Below, one piece after another: positions 36,120 to 45,430 of a stretch of 64,000 bases of DNA; the stretch's first letter is position 1; the number at the start of each line of letters is the position of its first letter. The DNA is taken from NCBI GenBank assembly GCA_039908285.1, contig JAMOBE010000001.1, positions 21,155-85,154 of the forward strand, read 5' to 3'. The translations under genes were made by a program, and so were the position numbers. The notes under the pieces are model-generated. The model had not been told where the DNA came from, did no database searches, and saw nothing but the letters and a program-made list of their open reading frames with translations. Origin of the DNA: Alphaproteobacteria bacterium (lineage in GTDB: Bacteria > Pseudomonadota > Alphaproteobacteria > Rhodospirillales > Rhodospirillaceae).

Positions 36120-37421
36120 ATGACCGACATCGACACATCGCTGATCATCGACCTTGTCGCCATCCTTGCCCTGCTGGTGATGTCATTCTTCTTTTCGGGG
36201 TCGGAAACGGCGCTGACCGCCCACTCGCGGCCGCTGATGCACCAGCTCGAGCAGCAGGGCAACCGCCGCGCCGCCCTGGTCAACAAACTCACCGGCAACC
36301 GCGAGCAGTTGATCGGCGCCATCCTTCTCGGCAATACCCTGGCCAACATCCTGTCATCGGCGCTCGCCACCAAGGTGATGATCTCGCTGTTCGGCGAGGC
36401 TGGCGTCGCCTATGCCACCCTGGCGATGACCCTGGTGATCCTGATCTTCGCCGAGATTCTGCCGAAGACCGTCGCCCTCCGTCATGCCCCCCGGGTGGCC
36501 CTGGTGCTGGCGCCCCTGGTCACCGTCGTGGTCTGGGTGCTGGCGCCGGCGGTGAAGGTGATGCACGTCGTCGTGCGCCTGACCCTGCGCCTCGCCGGAG
36601 CCGACGGCGCCAGCGAGCACGACGTCTCCACCACCGTGGCCGAACTGCGGGGCGCCATCGAGCTGCACGGCCGCGACGACGGCGAGGTCCGGCACGAGCG
36701 CGCCATGCTGCGCAGCGTGCTGGAACTGGGCGAGGTGCGGGTCGGCGAAATCATGACCCACCGCCGCAACGTCGTGACCATCGACGGCGACCAGAAGGCC
36801 GGCGCCATCCTCGACGCCGTGCTCTCCAGCGCCTATACGCGCATCCCGCTGTGGCGCGGCAAGCCCGACAACATCATCGGCGTCATCCATGCCAAGGACC
36901 TGCTGCGGGCCGTGCGGGCCCATGTCGGCGACCTGGACGAACTGGACGTGGTGACCGTGGCCACGCCGCCGTGGTTCATCCCCGAGTCCACCTCGCTGCA
37001 CGAACAGCTCCAGGCCTTCCGCGATCGCCGCGAGCACTTCGCCATGGTGGTGGACGAATACGGCACCCTCCTTGGCATCGTCACGCTGGAAGACATCCTG
37101 GAGGAAATCGTCGGCGACATCACCGACGAGCACGACGTGGCGGTGTCGGGGGTGCGCCCCCAGGCCGACGGTTCGTACATGGTGAACGGCGACGTCACCC
37201 TCCGCGACCTCAACCGCGAGTTCGACTGGCGCCTGCCCGACGAGGAGGCGGTGACCATCGCCGGCCTGATGCTGCACGAGGCGCGCCACATTCCCGAGGT
37301 GGGCCAGGTCTACCTCTTTCACGGCTTCCGCTTCGAAATCGTCCGCCGCGTCCGCAACCAGATCACCGCCGTGCGAATCACCCCCCAGACCACCGATCGG
37401 GGAACCGAGACCGGCACGTGA
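36120..37421 (+). CDS. HlyC/CorC (CNNM) family transporter: DUF21 membrane domain, CBS pair, CorC_HlyC domain
   Basis: FFFSGSETALTA (DUF21 start) and four TM helices. A CBS-pair region (VGEIMTHRRNVVTI...IPLWRGKPDNIIGVIHAKDLL). C-terminal EYGTLLGIVTLEDILEEIVGDI and FRFEIV. Confidence 0.88.
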   Translation: MTDIDTSLIIDLVAILALLVMSFFFSGSETALTAHSRPLMHQLEQQGNRRAALVNKLTGNREQLIGAILLGNTLANILSSALATKVMISLFGEAGVAYATLAMTLVILIFAEILPKTVALRHAPRVALVLAPLVTVVVWVLAPAVKVMHVVVRLTLRLAGADGASEHDVSTTVAELRGAIELHGRDDGEVRHERAMLRSVLELGEVRVGEIMTHRRNVVTIDGDQKAGAILDAVLSSAYTRIPLWRGKPDNIIGVIHAKDLLRAVRAHVGDLDELDVVTVATPPWFIPESTSLHEQLQAFRDRREHFAMVVDEYGTLLGIVTLEDILEEIVGDITDEHDVAVSGVRPQADGSYMVNGDVTLRDLNREFDWRLPDEEAVTIAGLMLHEARHIPEVGQVYLFHGFRFEIVRRVRNQITAVRITPQTTDRGTETGT

Positions 37422-37462
37422 GTGGCGGGAAGCGCTCTCCCGTTGGAGGAAGAGAAACCCGC

Positions 37463-37558
37463 CAGGGCAATCGGGTGAACCGATCAAAAGCCCTCTCCCC
37501 CCGGAAGAGGGGGGAGAGGGAGTGAAGATGGCGGCTCTCACTTCACCCGATTGCCCTG
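37463..37558. repeat. Minimal REP/MITE unit: 17-bp TIRs (CAGGGCAATCGGGTGAA) around a single hairpin
   Basis: TIRs at 37463-37479 and 37542-37558. The core is CCCTCTCCCCCCGGAAGAGGGGGGAGAGGG. Confidence 0.85.
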
Positions 37559-37615
37559 AGAAACCCGCGAGCAGTGGTTCCCATGGGGCGTCGTTTGCTG
37601 TAGTCTGCCGCCCAC

Positions 37616-37692
<77 letters not shown>

Positions 37693-37853
37693 CGGGGGGT
37701 AGTGGGCGGAAATGGGCAAAGCGACACTTGGTTTTGGAGAGCGACGGGCGGAAAAAGGCCTCCCCGACGTCGGCCTCGGACGTAGGAACCCTGGGGAGGA
37801 AAGAATCCCCGCCACCTGCGCCCTCCCCGTCGGGGAAGTAAGAAAGAAAGTGT

Positions 37854-37876
37854 TGTGAGGGCCTGAGGCCCTCACA
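37854..37876 (-). terminator. Rho-independent terminator of the two-gene islet next to tRNA-Arg
   Basis: A 10-bp perfect stem (TGTGAGGGCC-TGA-GGCCCTCACA). On the minus strand it is followed by ACACTTTCTTTCTTACTT. It lies 65 nt after the stop at 37942. Confidence 0.55.
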
Positions 37877-37941
37877 CTCCCCATTCCTTCCAGGATTGGT
37901 GGTTCTGGGGAATGCGGCAGGACCGCAGAACTCAAGGTATA

Positions 37942-38220
37942 TTATTTATCAAAAGCTTCCTGATTAGTCCGCACTTTACCGGACTGTTGTTTGCTTAGGC
38001 TCGTTTCATGTTCATCTGAAGAACTGAACAATTTTATGCCAACTCTAGAGAAATATTCTATGACCTCCTTGACCGTGGCTGAGGCAGCTCCATTACCAAT
38101 CGCGGTAGCAATCAGCACAACAAACGCCGAACCACCGATGGCAGCCCCAAGTTTCTCTTTAATTGTAGAAGCTCTCCCCGCAGATTCCCTCACTTTCATC
38201 TTCCGGCTATAATTGCGCAT
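37942..38220 (-). CDS. Small hypothetical membrane protein (islet gene 2)
   Basis: AT-rich ORF with one TM segment (LGAAIGGSAFVVLIATAIGNGAAS). The track start (38304) is a TTG, so ATG 38220 (MRNYSRKMKV) is taken instead. The start is uncertain. Confidence 0.4.
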   Translation of the reverse strand: MRNYSRKMKVRESAGRASTIKEKLGAAIGGSAFVVLIATAIGNGAASATVKEVIEYFSRVGIKLFSSSDEHETSLSKQQSGKVRTNQEAFDK

Positions 38221-38305
38221 GCTATGAAACCCACTGCAAATGAGGGGACTTACGAGGAGGAATCCTGCAGCGTATGCAATGCATCGACAACATCTTCCAC
38301 GCAAC

Positions 38306-38776
38306 TCAGCGCCCTGTACATGACTGCGTCATATTGCTGAAGGTGTAGTTGGCGTAGGCGGGGTTTTTTACTATCCATGCGCTTTCGTAAGCTTTTCGCA
38401 CATTATCTACATTCTTGTCTAGTTCTGGATTTGCTGGGCTCTTTCCACTCAAAGTGTAATACTTACCATTTATCAGATTAATTGGAACCGGATGCCCTAT
38501 CCCACAATTTTTTCCAAAAATTGACTGAAGTTTATCCTTGAGGTCCGGGTATCCAGAATATGGATCTATGTATGCTCCATTCGTACCTTTTTTGAAATAT
38601 TCCGCAATAATCGGCTCTTGAACGGGATCATCGCTCAGAATGATCTTGGCCTTCTCCAGCCCGGGGACCAACGTCGGCCCCTGTGCGGCGGCTGGCAAAA
38701 CCCCGCCGACCGCGGCGACGAACGTAAAGCCCATAGCTGCAGCAATTCGCGTCAATGCCTTCATCGGTGTCTCCAA
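38306..38776 (-). CDS. Secreted hypothetical protein (islet gene 1)
   Basis: 156 aa with signal peptide MKALTRIAAAMGFTFVAAVGGVLPAAAQG. AT-rich with atypical codon usage for this genome. No family recognised. Confidence 0.55.
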   Translation of the reverse strand: METPMKALTRIAAAMGFTFVAAVGGVLPAAAQGPTLVPGLEKAKIILSDDPVQEPIIAEYFKKGTNGAYIDPYSGYPDLKDKLQSIFGKNCGIGHPVPINLINGKYYTLSGKSPANPELDKNVDNVRKAYESAWIVKNPAYANYTFSNMTQSCTGR

Positions 38777-38932
38777 CGTTTGGCGTCCTGGCCTGGTAGA
38801 CGGCTCCCCATAGACTTGACTACCCAGAAGCGTAACAGGGCGTCATCACGCTGACAACTCCAATCTACACTCGTATCACGTGCCCACATCCCCACCATTG
38901 ATTCCGCCGCTCCAGTCGGCGACAGTGGGGGC

Positions 38933-41752
38933 ATGACAACCGACACGACCGACATGACCGACACCCCCCCGTCCGCCATACCGCGCCATGTGTTCCTGGT
39001 GGATGGCTCGGGCTATATCTTCCGGGCGTTTCATGCCCTGCCGCCGATGACGCGGCCGGATGGGACGCCGGTCAATGCAGTTTACGGTTTCGTCACCATG
39101 CTGATGAAGCTTATGGCGAGAGGGGACACCGAGGCAGATCATGTGGCGGTTGTGTTCGACAAGAGCCGGCACACCTTCCGCACCGAGCTCTATCCGGCCT
39201 ACAAGGCCCAGCGCCCCCCTCCGCCCGAGGACCTGGTACCGCAGTTCGGCCTGATCCGGGAGGCGACTCGGGCCTTCAATGTCGCCTGCGTCGAGATGGA
39301 CGGGTACGAGGCCGATGACCTGATCGCCACCTATGCCCGTGAGGCGGTGGCGCTGGGGGCCGAAGTCACCATCGTCTCGGCGGACAAGGACCTGATGCAG
39401 CTCGTGGGTCCGCGCGTCACCATGCTGGACCCGATCAAGAATCGGTCCATCGGCCCGGACGAGGTGCGGGAGAAGTTCGGCGTCGGGCCGGAGCGGGTGG
39501 TGGACGTCCAGGCCCTGGTGGGCGATCCGACCGACAATGTTCCCGGCGTCCCCGGTATCGGCGTCAAGACCGCCGCCGCCCTGATCGAGGAGTTCGGCGA
39601 CCTGGACTCCCTCCTGGCCCGGGCCGCCGAGATCCCCCAGCCGAAGCGGCGCCAGGCCCTGCTGGACAACGTGGACCTGGCCAGGCTGTCGCGCGACCTG
39701 GTGCGGCTCAAGGACGACGTGCCGGTGGAGGTGCCGCTCGAAAGCTTCGCCGTCCGGCCCCGCGACGAGGCCCAGTTGCGCGCGTTCCTGACGGCGCAGG
39801 CGTTCCGCACCATCCTCGCGCGCCTTGGGCCACTCCCGGATGATGTCCCATCGGCGACTCCGGCCCCCGGCGCCGTCCCGTCGGCTCCCTCCTATGACCT
39901 GGTGCGGGACGTCGCCGCCCTGGACCGCTGGATCGCCGAGGCCACGGCCGCCGGCGTGGTGGCGGTGGATACGGAGACCGACTCCCTCGACGCCATCGCC
40001 GCGCGGCTGGTGGGGGTATCGCTGTCGGTCCAGCCGGGCCGGGGCTGCTACATCCCCCTGCGCCATGTTTCCCCCGGCACCGCCCAGGGCAGCCTGGACC
40101 TCGGCGGCGCGGGAACGGGCGGGACGGGCGACTCCGCCCCACCCCAGATTCCGGTGGAGACGGCCCTGGCGCGACTCAAAATCCTTCTCGCCGATCCGGG
40201 GGTGCTGAAGATCGGCCACAACATCAAGTACGACCTTCAGGTGTTCCGCACCGCCGGGCTCGAGGTCACGCCGGTGGACGACACCATGGTGATGTCCTAC
40301 GTGCTCGATGGCGGCAACCATGGCCATGGCATGGACGAACTGGCCGGGAAACACCTTGGCCTCACCACCATCACCTTCAAGGACGTGTGCGGCTCGGGCA
40401 AGGGGCAGATCACCTTCGACAAGGTGCCGCTGGACAAGGCCTGCGCCTATGCCGCCGAGGACGCCGACGTCACCCTGCGGCTGCACGGACTGTTCCGCGA
40501 TCGTCTGTTGGCGGAGCGGATGACCGGCGTGTACGAGACCCTCGACCGGCCGCTGATCCCCGTGCTGGCCGCCATGGAGCGCCACGGCATCCGGGTGGAC
40601 GCGACGGAGTTGCGGCGGCTGTCCGACGACTTCGCCGTCCGCATGGTGGAGCTTGAGACGGCCGTGCACCGGCTGGCCGGCCGCGCCTTCAACATCGCCT
40701 CGCCGAAGCAGCTTGGCGAGGTGCTGTTCGACGAGATGAAGCTCTCCCCCGGCGCCCGCCGGAGCGCCAAGACCGGGGCCTACACCACCGATGCCGCGGT
40801 GCTGGAGGACCTGGCCGCAGCCGGTCACGACCTGCCGGCCCGGGTGCTGGAGTGGCGCCAGCTCGCCAAGCTCAAAAGCACCTACACCGACGCCCTGACG
40901 GCCCGCATCGACCGGCGCACCGGGCGGGTGCATACCTCGTTTTCGCAGACGGTGACCTCCACCGGACGGCTGTCGTCCACCGACCCCAACCTGCAGAACA
41001 TCCCCATCCGCACCGATGACGGCCGCAAGATCCGCCGCGCCTTCATCGCCGAGCCCGGTCATGTGCTGCTGTCGGCCGACTACTCGCAGATCGAGCTGCG
41101 GCTCGTCGCCCACGTGGCCGGCATCAAGGCCCTGATCGAGGCCTTCCACCACGGTGCCGACATCCACGCCATCACCGCGAGCCAGGTGTTCGGCGTGCCG
41201 GTGGAGGGCATGGACCCGGCCCTGCGCCGACGGGCCAAGGCCATCAACTTCGGCATCATCTATGGCATCTCGCCCTTTGGCCTGGCGGCCCAGCTCGGCA
41301 TCGACAAGGGCGAGGCCAAGGCCTACATCGACGCCTACTTCGCCCGTTTCCCGGAAATCCGCGGCTACATGGACCGCACCATCGAGACGGCGCGGAACCA
41401 GGGCTTCGTCACCACCCCCTTCGGCCGCAAGTGCCACACCCCGGGGATCCGCGATCGCAATCCCAACATGCGCGGCTTCGCCGAGCGGGCGGCCATCAAC
41501 GCCCCCATCCAGGGAGGTGCTGCCGACATCATCAAGCGGGCGATGATCCGCCTGCCCGACGCCCTGACCGAGGCCGGCCTCGGCGCCCGCATGCTGCTGC
41601 AGGTCCACGACGAACTGGTGCTGGAGGTGCCCGAGGCCGAGGCGGACGCCACCGCCGCCCTGGTCCGGCGGGTCATGGAGGGTGCCGCCAGCCTCTCGGT
41701 GCCGCTGGTGGTGGACGCCGGCCTCGGCCCAAGCTGGGCCGAGGCCCATTGA
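38933..41752 (+). CDS. polA: DNA polymerase I
   Basis: 939 aa with a 5'-nuclease N-terminus (VFLVDGSGYIFRAFHALPP), a 3'-5' exonuclease region (VAVDTETDSLD) and polymerase motifs (LLSADYSQIELRLVAH; RRRAKAINFGIIYG; LLQVHDELVLE). Confidence 0.97.
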   Translation: MTTDTTDMTDTPPSAIPRHVFLVDGSGYIFRAFHALPPMTRPDGTPVNAVYGFVTMLMKLMARGDTEADHVAVVFDKSRHTFRTELYPAYKAQRPPPPEDLVPQFGLIREATRAFNVACVEMDGYEADDLIATYAREAVALGAEVTIVSADKDLMQLVGPRVTMLDPIKNRSIGPDEVREKFGVGPERVVDVQALVGDPTDNVPGVPGIGVKTAAALIEEFGDLDSLLARAAEIPQPKRRQALLDNVDLARLSRDLVRLKDDVPVEVPLESFAVRPRDEAQLRAFLTAQAFRTILARLGPLPDDVPSATPAPGAVPSAPSYDLVRDVAALDRWIAEATAAGVVAVDTETDSLDAIAARLVGVSLSVQPGRGCYIPLRHVSPGTAQGSLDLGGAGTGGTGDSAPPQIPVETALARLKILLADPGVLKIGHNIKYDLQVFRTAGLEVTPVDDTMVMSYVLDGGNHGHGMDELAGKHLGLTTITFKDVCGSGKGQITFDKVPLDKACAYAAEDADVTLRLHGLFRDRLLAERMTGVYETLDRPLIPVLAAMERHGIRVDATELRRLSDDFAVRMVELETAVHRLAGRAFNIASPKQLGEVLFDEMKLSPGARRSAKTGAYTTDAAVLEDLAAAGHDLPARVLEWRQLAKLKSTYTDALTARIDRRTGRVHTSFSQTVTSTGRLSSTDPNLQNIPIRTDDGRKIRRAFIAEPGHVLLSADYSQIELRLVAHVAGIKALIEAFHHGADIHAITASQVFGVPVEGMDPALRRRAKAINFGIIYGISPFGLAAQLGIDKGEAKAYIDAYFARFPEIRGYMDRTIETARNQGFVTTPFGRKCHTPGIRDRNPNMRGFAERAAINAPIQGGAADIIKRAMIRLPDALTEAGLGARMLLQVHDELVLEVPEAEADATAALVRRVMEGAASLSVPLVVDAGLGPSWAEAH

Positions 41753-41767
41753 AGCCAGGCGTCGGAC

Positions 41768-42028
41768 TCATTCGATTCCTCGCGGCGGCGCAACGAACGG
41801 CACGCTTCGCAGGTACAGGGTATCAGGGCTGAAATCCTGTTCGTGTGGCCAGGCCACGAAGCCCGATATCGCCCGCACGGAGCGGAAATAGACTGGATCG
41901 CGCAGTTCCCTGAACACGCCACGATTGAGGTACGGCTCGACGCAAAAGACCCGGCGCTCGCCGTTGGCGAAGGTGAGCAGGAGAGAGAAGCCCTCCAACA
42001 CGTGCACGGCTGTCACTTCTGGATGCAT
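41768..42028 (-). CDS. DUF2442 domain protein
   Basis: MHPEVTAVHVLEGFSLLLTFANGERRVFCVEPYLNRGVFRELRDPVYFRSVRAISGFVAWPHEQDFSPDTLY is the typical DUF2442 pattern. Confidence 0.7.
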   Translation of the reverse strand: MHPEVTAVHVLEGFSLLLTFANGERRVFCVEPYLNRGVFRELRDPVYFRSVRAISGFVAWPHEQDFSPDTLYLRSVPFVAPPRGIE

Positions 42029-42123
42029 GGCACGCCACCTCGCACCAACAGCCACCAGACCGTAGCTATGCCGAAGTGGGCTGATATTTCAAGCCCAACC
42101 TCGCCACCGGGTGCACACGACTC

Positions 42124-42151
42124 TTGACAGGGAGCACCGCTGCCCTTAAGA
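42124..42151 (+). promoter_or_regulatory. Possible sigma70-type promoter for tRNA-Val
   Basis: TTGACA (42124-42129), a 16-nt spacer, then TTAAGA (42146-42151), about 20 nt upstream of the tRNA 5' end. The -10 hexamer is weak. Confidence 0.25.
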
Positions 42152-42171
42152 AACGGCCTCCCTGCTGGAAT

Positions 42172-42246
42172 GGGCGCGTAGCTCAGCGGGAGAGCACTCG
42201 CTTCACACGCGAGGGGTCGCAGGTTCAATCCCTGCCGCGCCCACCA
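42172..42246 (+). tRNA. tRNA-Val (anticodon CAC)
   Basis: GGGCGCGTAGCTCAGCGGGAGAGCACTCGCTTCACACGCGAGGGGTCGCAGGTTCAATCCCTGCCGCGCCCACCA. Cloverleaf with anticodon loop TTCACAC and encoded CCA. Confidence 0.95.
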
Positions 42247-42285
42247 AGCGCCAGGACGCCAGGCTCACGGACTCCGGTGCTTTCA

Positions 42286-42612
42286 TCACGCGACCCGTTC
42301 AAGCGCTTCCCTGACGAAGGCATTGACGCTCTCACCTCGGCTCGCGGCTGCCGTGGCGATGCGGCGGTGCAGGTCTGGCGGTAGACGCACGGTAAAGTTA
42401 CCGGAATACGGCCGTTCCGGTTCCTTGCCCCGTTCCTGGCACCACGCAATATAATCGGCAACGGTATCGGCGAACGCCGCGCGAAGCTCGTCGAGAGTGC
42501 GTCCCTGAAATGTAAGTACATCTCGCGTGTTGGCGACTTCTCCGTGGAAAAGATTCGCACTCTCGTCCAATTCAATCGTCGCTATGTAGCCTTCATGGGT
42601 CATGGTCGTCAT
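42286..42612 (-). CDS. hicB: HicB-family antitoxin (RHH C-terminus)
   Basis: MTTMTHEGYIATIELDESANLFHGEVANTRDVLTFQGRTLDELRAAFADTVADYIAWCQERGKEPERPYSGNFTVRLPPDLHRRIATAAASRGESVNAFVREALERV. This shows a HicB N-terminal fold with an RHH DNA-binding tail. Confidence 0.8.
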   Translation of the reverse strand: MTTMTHEGYIATIELDESANLFHGEVANTRDVLTFQGRTLDELRAAFADTVADYIAWCQERGKEPERPYSGNFTVRLPPDLHRRIATAAASRGESVNAFVREALERVA

Positions 42613-42862
42613 GGCATCACCCCGGCTTTTTTCAAAAAGCGCCGCACCGACTCGATCCGTGCCTGCTCTGCATGCCTGTTGATACCACAAATCGGTACCA
42701 TGATCCAGAGCACGAATGGCTCATTCCGTTCCAGGCCAACCGGACCCCCCGGATGCGCAGGATAAGGTAGCCTTCGGGCACGCCGATGGATAAACTCGCC
42801 CCCCGGTGAAGCCGCGACCGTGTGCGTCCGCGGGCCGGGGCCTTCGGGCGTTGAAGGAACAG

Positions 42863-44401
42863 ATGACCGCTCGCGTCAATACCGTGGCCTTTCAGGGCAT
42901 CGACGTTCTCGACATCGACGTGCAGGTGCAGGTGGCGGCGGGGCTGCCGGCCTTCACCATCGTCGGCCTGCCCAACAAGGCGGTGGGGGAGAGCCGGGAT
43001 CGCGTGCGGGCGGCGCTTGGGGCGCTGGGCCTCGCGCTGCCGCCGAAGCGCATCACCGTCAACCTTGCCCCGGCCGACGTGCAGAAGGAGGGCAGCCACT
43101 TCGACCTCGCCATCGCCGTCGGGCTGCTGATGGCCATGGGGGTGCTGCCGGCCGAGGACATCGCCGGCTATACCGTGCTGGGCGAGCTGGCCCTGGATGG
43201 GGCGGTGGCGTCGGTGGCCGGGGTTCTGCCCGCCGCCATCGCCGCCAATGCCGCCGGTCGCGGCCTCATCTGTCCGGCGGCCCAGGGAGGAGAGGCGGCA
43301 TGGGCGGCGGGGGAGGGCATCCTGGCGGCGCCATCCCTGCTGGCCCTCATCAACCATTTCAAGGGCACCCAGATGCTCCCCCGGCCCGAGCCCCGCATCG
43401 CCGAGGAGCCGCCCAATTTCCTCGATCTACGCGAGATCAAGGGCCAGGAGACGGCGAAGCGGGCGCTGGAGGTGGCGGCGGCCGGCGGTCACAACCTGCT
43501 GTTCATCGGGCCGCCGGGATCGGGCAAGTCCATGCTGGCGTCCAGGATGCCCGGTATTCTACCGCCCCTCAGCGCTCAGGAGGCCCTTGAGGTCAGCATG
43601 ATCCACAGCGTCGCCGGCGAACTGCCCGGCGGCTGCCTGATGCGGCGGCGGCCGTTTCGCGATCCACACCATTCCGCCTCCGTACCGGCCCTGGTGGGCG
43701 GCGGCATGCGCGCCCGGCCGGGCGAGGTGTCCCTGGCCCACAACGGGGTCCTGTTCCTCGACGAGCTGCCCGAGTTCCAGCGTCCCGCCCTGGAGGCCCT
43801 GCGTCAGCCCCTGGAGACCGGCCGGGTGTCGGTGGCCCGGGCCAACAGCCACATCACCTATCCGGCGCGGGTGCAACTCATCGCCGCCATGAACCCCTGC
43901 CGCTGCGGCTACCTGAGCGATCCGGCCCTGGCGTGCAGCCGCGCCCCCGCCTGTGCCGCCGACTATCAGGCCCGGCTGTCGGGACCGTTGCTTGATCGTA
44001 TCGATATTCACGTGGACGTTCCGGCGGTCAACCCGGCCGACCTGTCGCTGCCGCCACCGGCCGAGGGCTCGGCGGAGGTGGCGCGGCGGGTGGCGGCGGC
44101 GCGGGAGGTGCAGGTGGAGCGCTATTTCCGCCTGGCCCCGGGGCGGGGCATCCTGCGCAACGCCGAGGCCGACGGCGAGGTCCTGGAGGCGGTGGCCGGC
44201 CCCGATGCCGACGGCCGCAGCCTCCTGACCGAGGCGGCCGAGCGCATGCGCCTGTCGGCCCGCGGCTATCACCGGGTGCTGCGGGTGGCCCGCACCCTGG
44301 CCGACCTGGACCAGGCCGAGCGGGTTCGGCGCATCCATATCGCCGAAGCCCTCTCCTACCGCCGCATCCTGCCCGGCCGCGCCCTGGCCCCGGCCCGCTG
44401 A
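42863..44401 (+). CDS. comM: Mg-chelatase-like ATPase ComM/YifB
   Basis: MTARVNTVAFQGIDVLDIDVQVQV...GLPAFTIVGLP...VQKEGSHFDLAIAVGLL; Walker A LLFIGPPGSGKSMLA; NGVLFLDELPEF. Confidence 0.92.
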   Translation: MTARVNTVAFQGIDVLDIDVQVQVAAGLPAFTIVGLPNKAVGESRDRVRAALGALGLALPPKRITVNLAPADVQKEGSHFDLAIAVGLLMAMGVLPAEDIAGYTVLGELALDGAVASVAGVLPAAIAANAAGRGLICPAAQGGEAAWAAGEGILAAPSLLALINHFKGTQMLPRPEPRIAEEPPNFLDLREIKGQETAKRALEVAAAGGHNLLFIGPPGSGKSMLASRMPGILPPLSAQEALEVSMIHSVAGELPGGCLMRRRPFRDPHHSASVPALVGGGMRARPGEVSLAHNGVLFLDELPEFQRPALEALRQPLETGRVSVARANSHITYPARVQLIAAMNPCRCGYLSDPALACSRAPACAADYQARLSGPLLDRIDIHVDVPAVNPADLSLPPPAEGSAEVARRVAAAREVQVERYFRLAPGRGILRNAEADGEVLEAVAGPDADGRSLLTEAAERMRLSARGYHRVLRVARTLADLDQAERVRRIHIAEALSYRRILPGRALAPAR

Positions 44402-44494
44402 GTCCGGCCCGCTGAGTATCGTCTCCCGGTCTCCACCGACCGCCCTGAGAAATTGCCGTTCCATTGCGTCCCGATCGGCGCTACACGTGTGGTC

Positions 44495-45427
44495 ATGACA
44501 ACACCAATCCTCCGCATTGGCACCCGTGGCAGCCCGCTCGCGTTGGCGCAGACCAACATGGTGAGGGATCGCCTGGCGGCCGCCCACCCCGACCTGGCCA
44601 TTCCCGGAGCCATCGAGGTGATCATCATCAAGACCACCGGCGACATCGTCCTTGACCGGCCGCTGGCCGAAATCGGCGGCAAGGGCCTGTTCACCAAGGA
44701 AATCGACGAGGCCATGCTGGAGGGGCGGGTCGATCTTGCCGTCCATTCCATGAAGGACGTGGCCACGGTGCTGCCCGACGGCATCGTGCTCCCCTGCATG
44801 CTGCCGCGCGAGGACCCGCGGGACGCCTTCCTCTGCCTGAAGGCGCGCAGCCTGGCCGACCTGCCGGCCGGGGCGGTGATCGGCACCTCGAGCCTGCGGC
44901 GTGGCGCCCAGATCCTGCATCGTCGTCCCGACCTCAAGGTGGCGCCGCTGCGGGGCAACGTGCAGACCCGCCTGCGTCGGCTGGAGGAGGGGGTGGTGGA
45001 CGCGACCCTGCTGGCCCTGGCCGGGCTGAAGCGCCTCGGTCTGGCCGACCAGGCGACCGCGGTGCTCGCCACCGAGGACCTGCTGCCGGCGGTGGCCCAG
45101 GGTGCCGTGGGCATCACCTGCCGCGATGGCGATGGTGCGGCGCTGGAGCGCCTGGCGCCCCTGAGCCATGCCGACACGGTCCGCTGCGTCGAGGCCGAGC
45201 GCGCCTTTCTCACCGTTCTCGACGGCTCGTGCCGCACGCCCATCGCTGGGCTGGCCGAAATCACCGGCGATGGGAGTCTCTGGTTTCGCGGCATGATCGT
45301 GCAGCCCGACGGCCGGGATCTCCATTTCGCCGAACGGCGCGGGGCCGTCGACGCGGCGGTGGCGCTGGCTTGCGACGCCGCCCACGACCTTCTGGCCCGG
45401 TCGCGGGCCGGCGGCGGCGGAGGCTGA
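44495..45427 (+). CDS. hemC: Porphobilinogen deaminase (hydroxymethylbilane synthase)
   Basis: ILRIGTRGSPLALAQTNMVRDRL, LFTKEIDEAMLEGRVDLAVHSMKD, GTSSLRR, RGNVQTRL. Confidence 0.93.
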   Translation: MTTPILRIGTRGSPLALAQTNMVRDRLAAAHPDLAIPGAIEVIIIKTTGDIVLDRPLAEIGGKGLFTKEIDEAMLEGRVDLAVHSMKDVATVLPDGIVLPCMLPREDPRDAFLCLKARSLADLPAGAVIGTSSLRRGAQILHRRPDLKVAPLRGNVQTRLRRLEEGVVDATLLALAGLKRLGLADQATAVLATEDLLPAVAQGAVGITCRDGDGAALERLAPLSHADTVRCVEAERAFLTVLDGSCRTPIAGLAEITGDGSLWFRGMIVQPDGRDLHFAERRGAVDAAVALACDAAHDLLARSRAGGGGG

Positions 45428-45430
45428 GTC

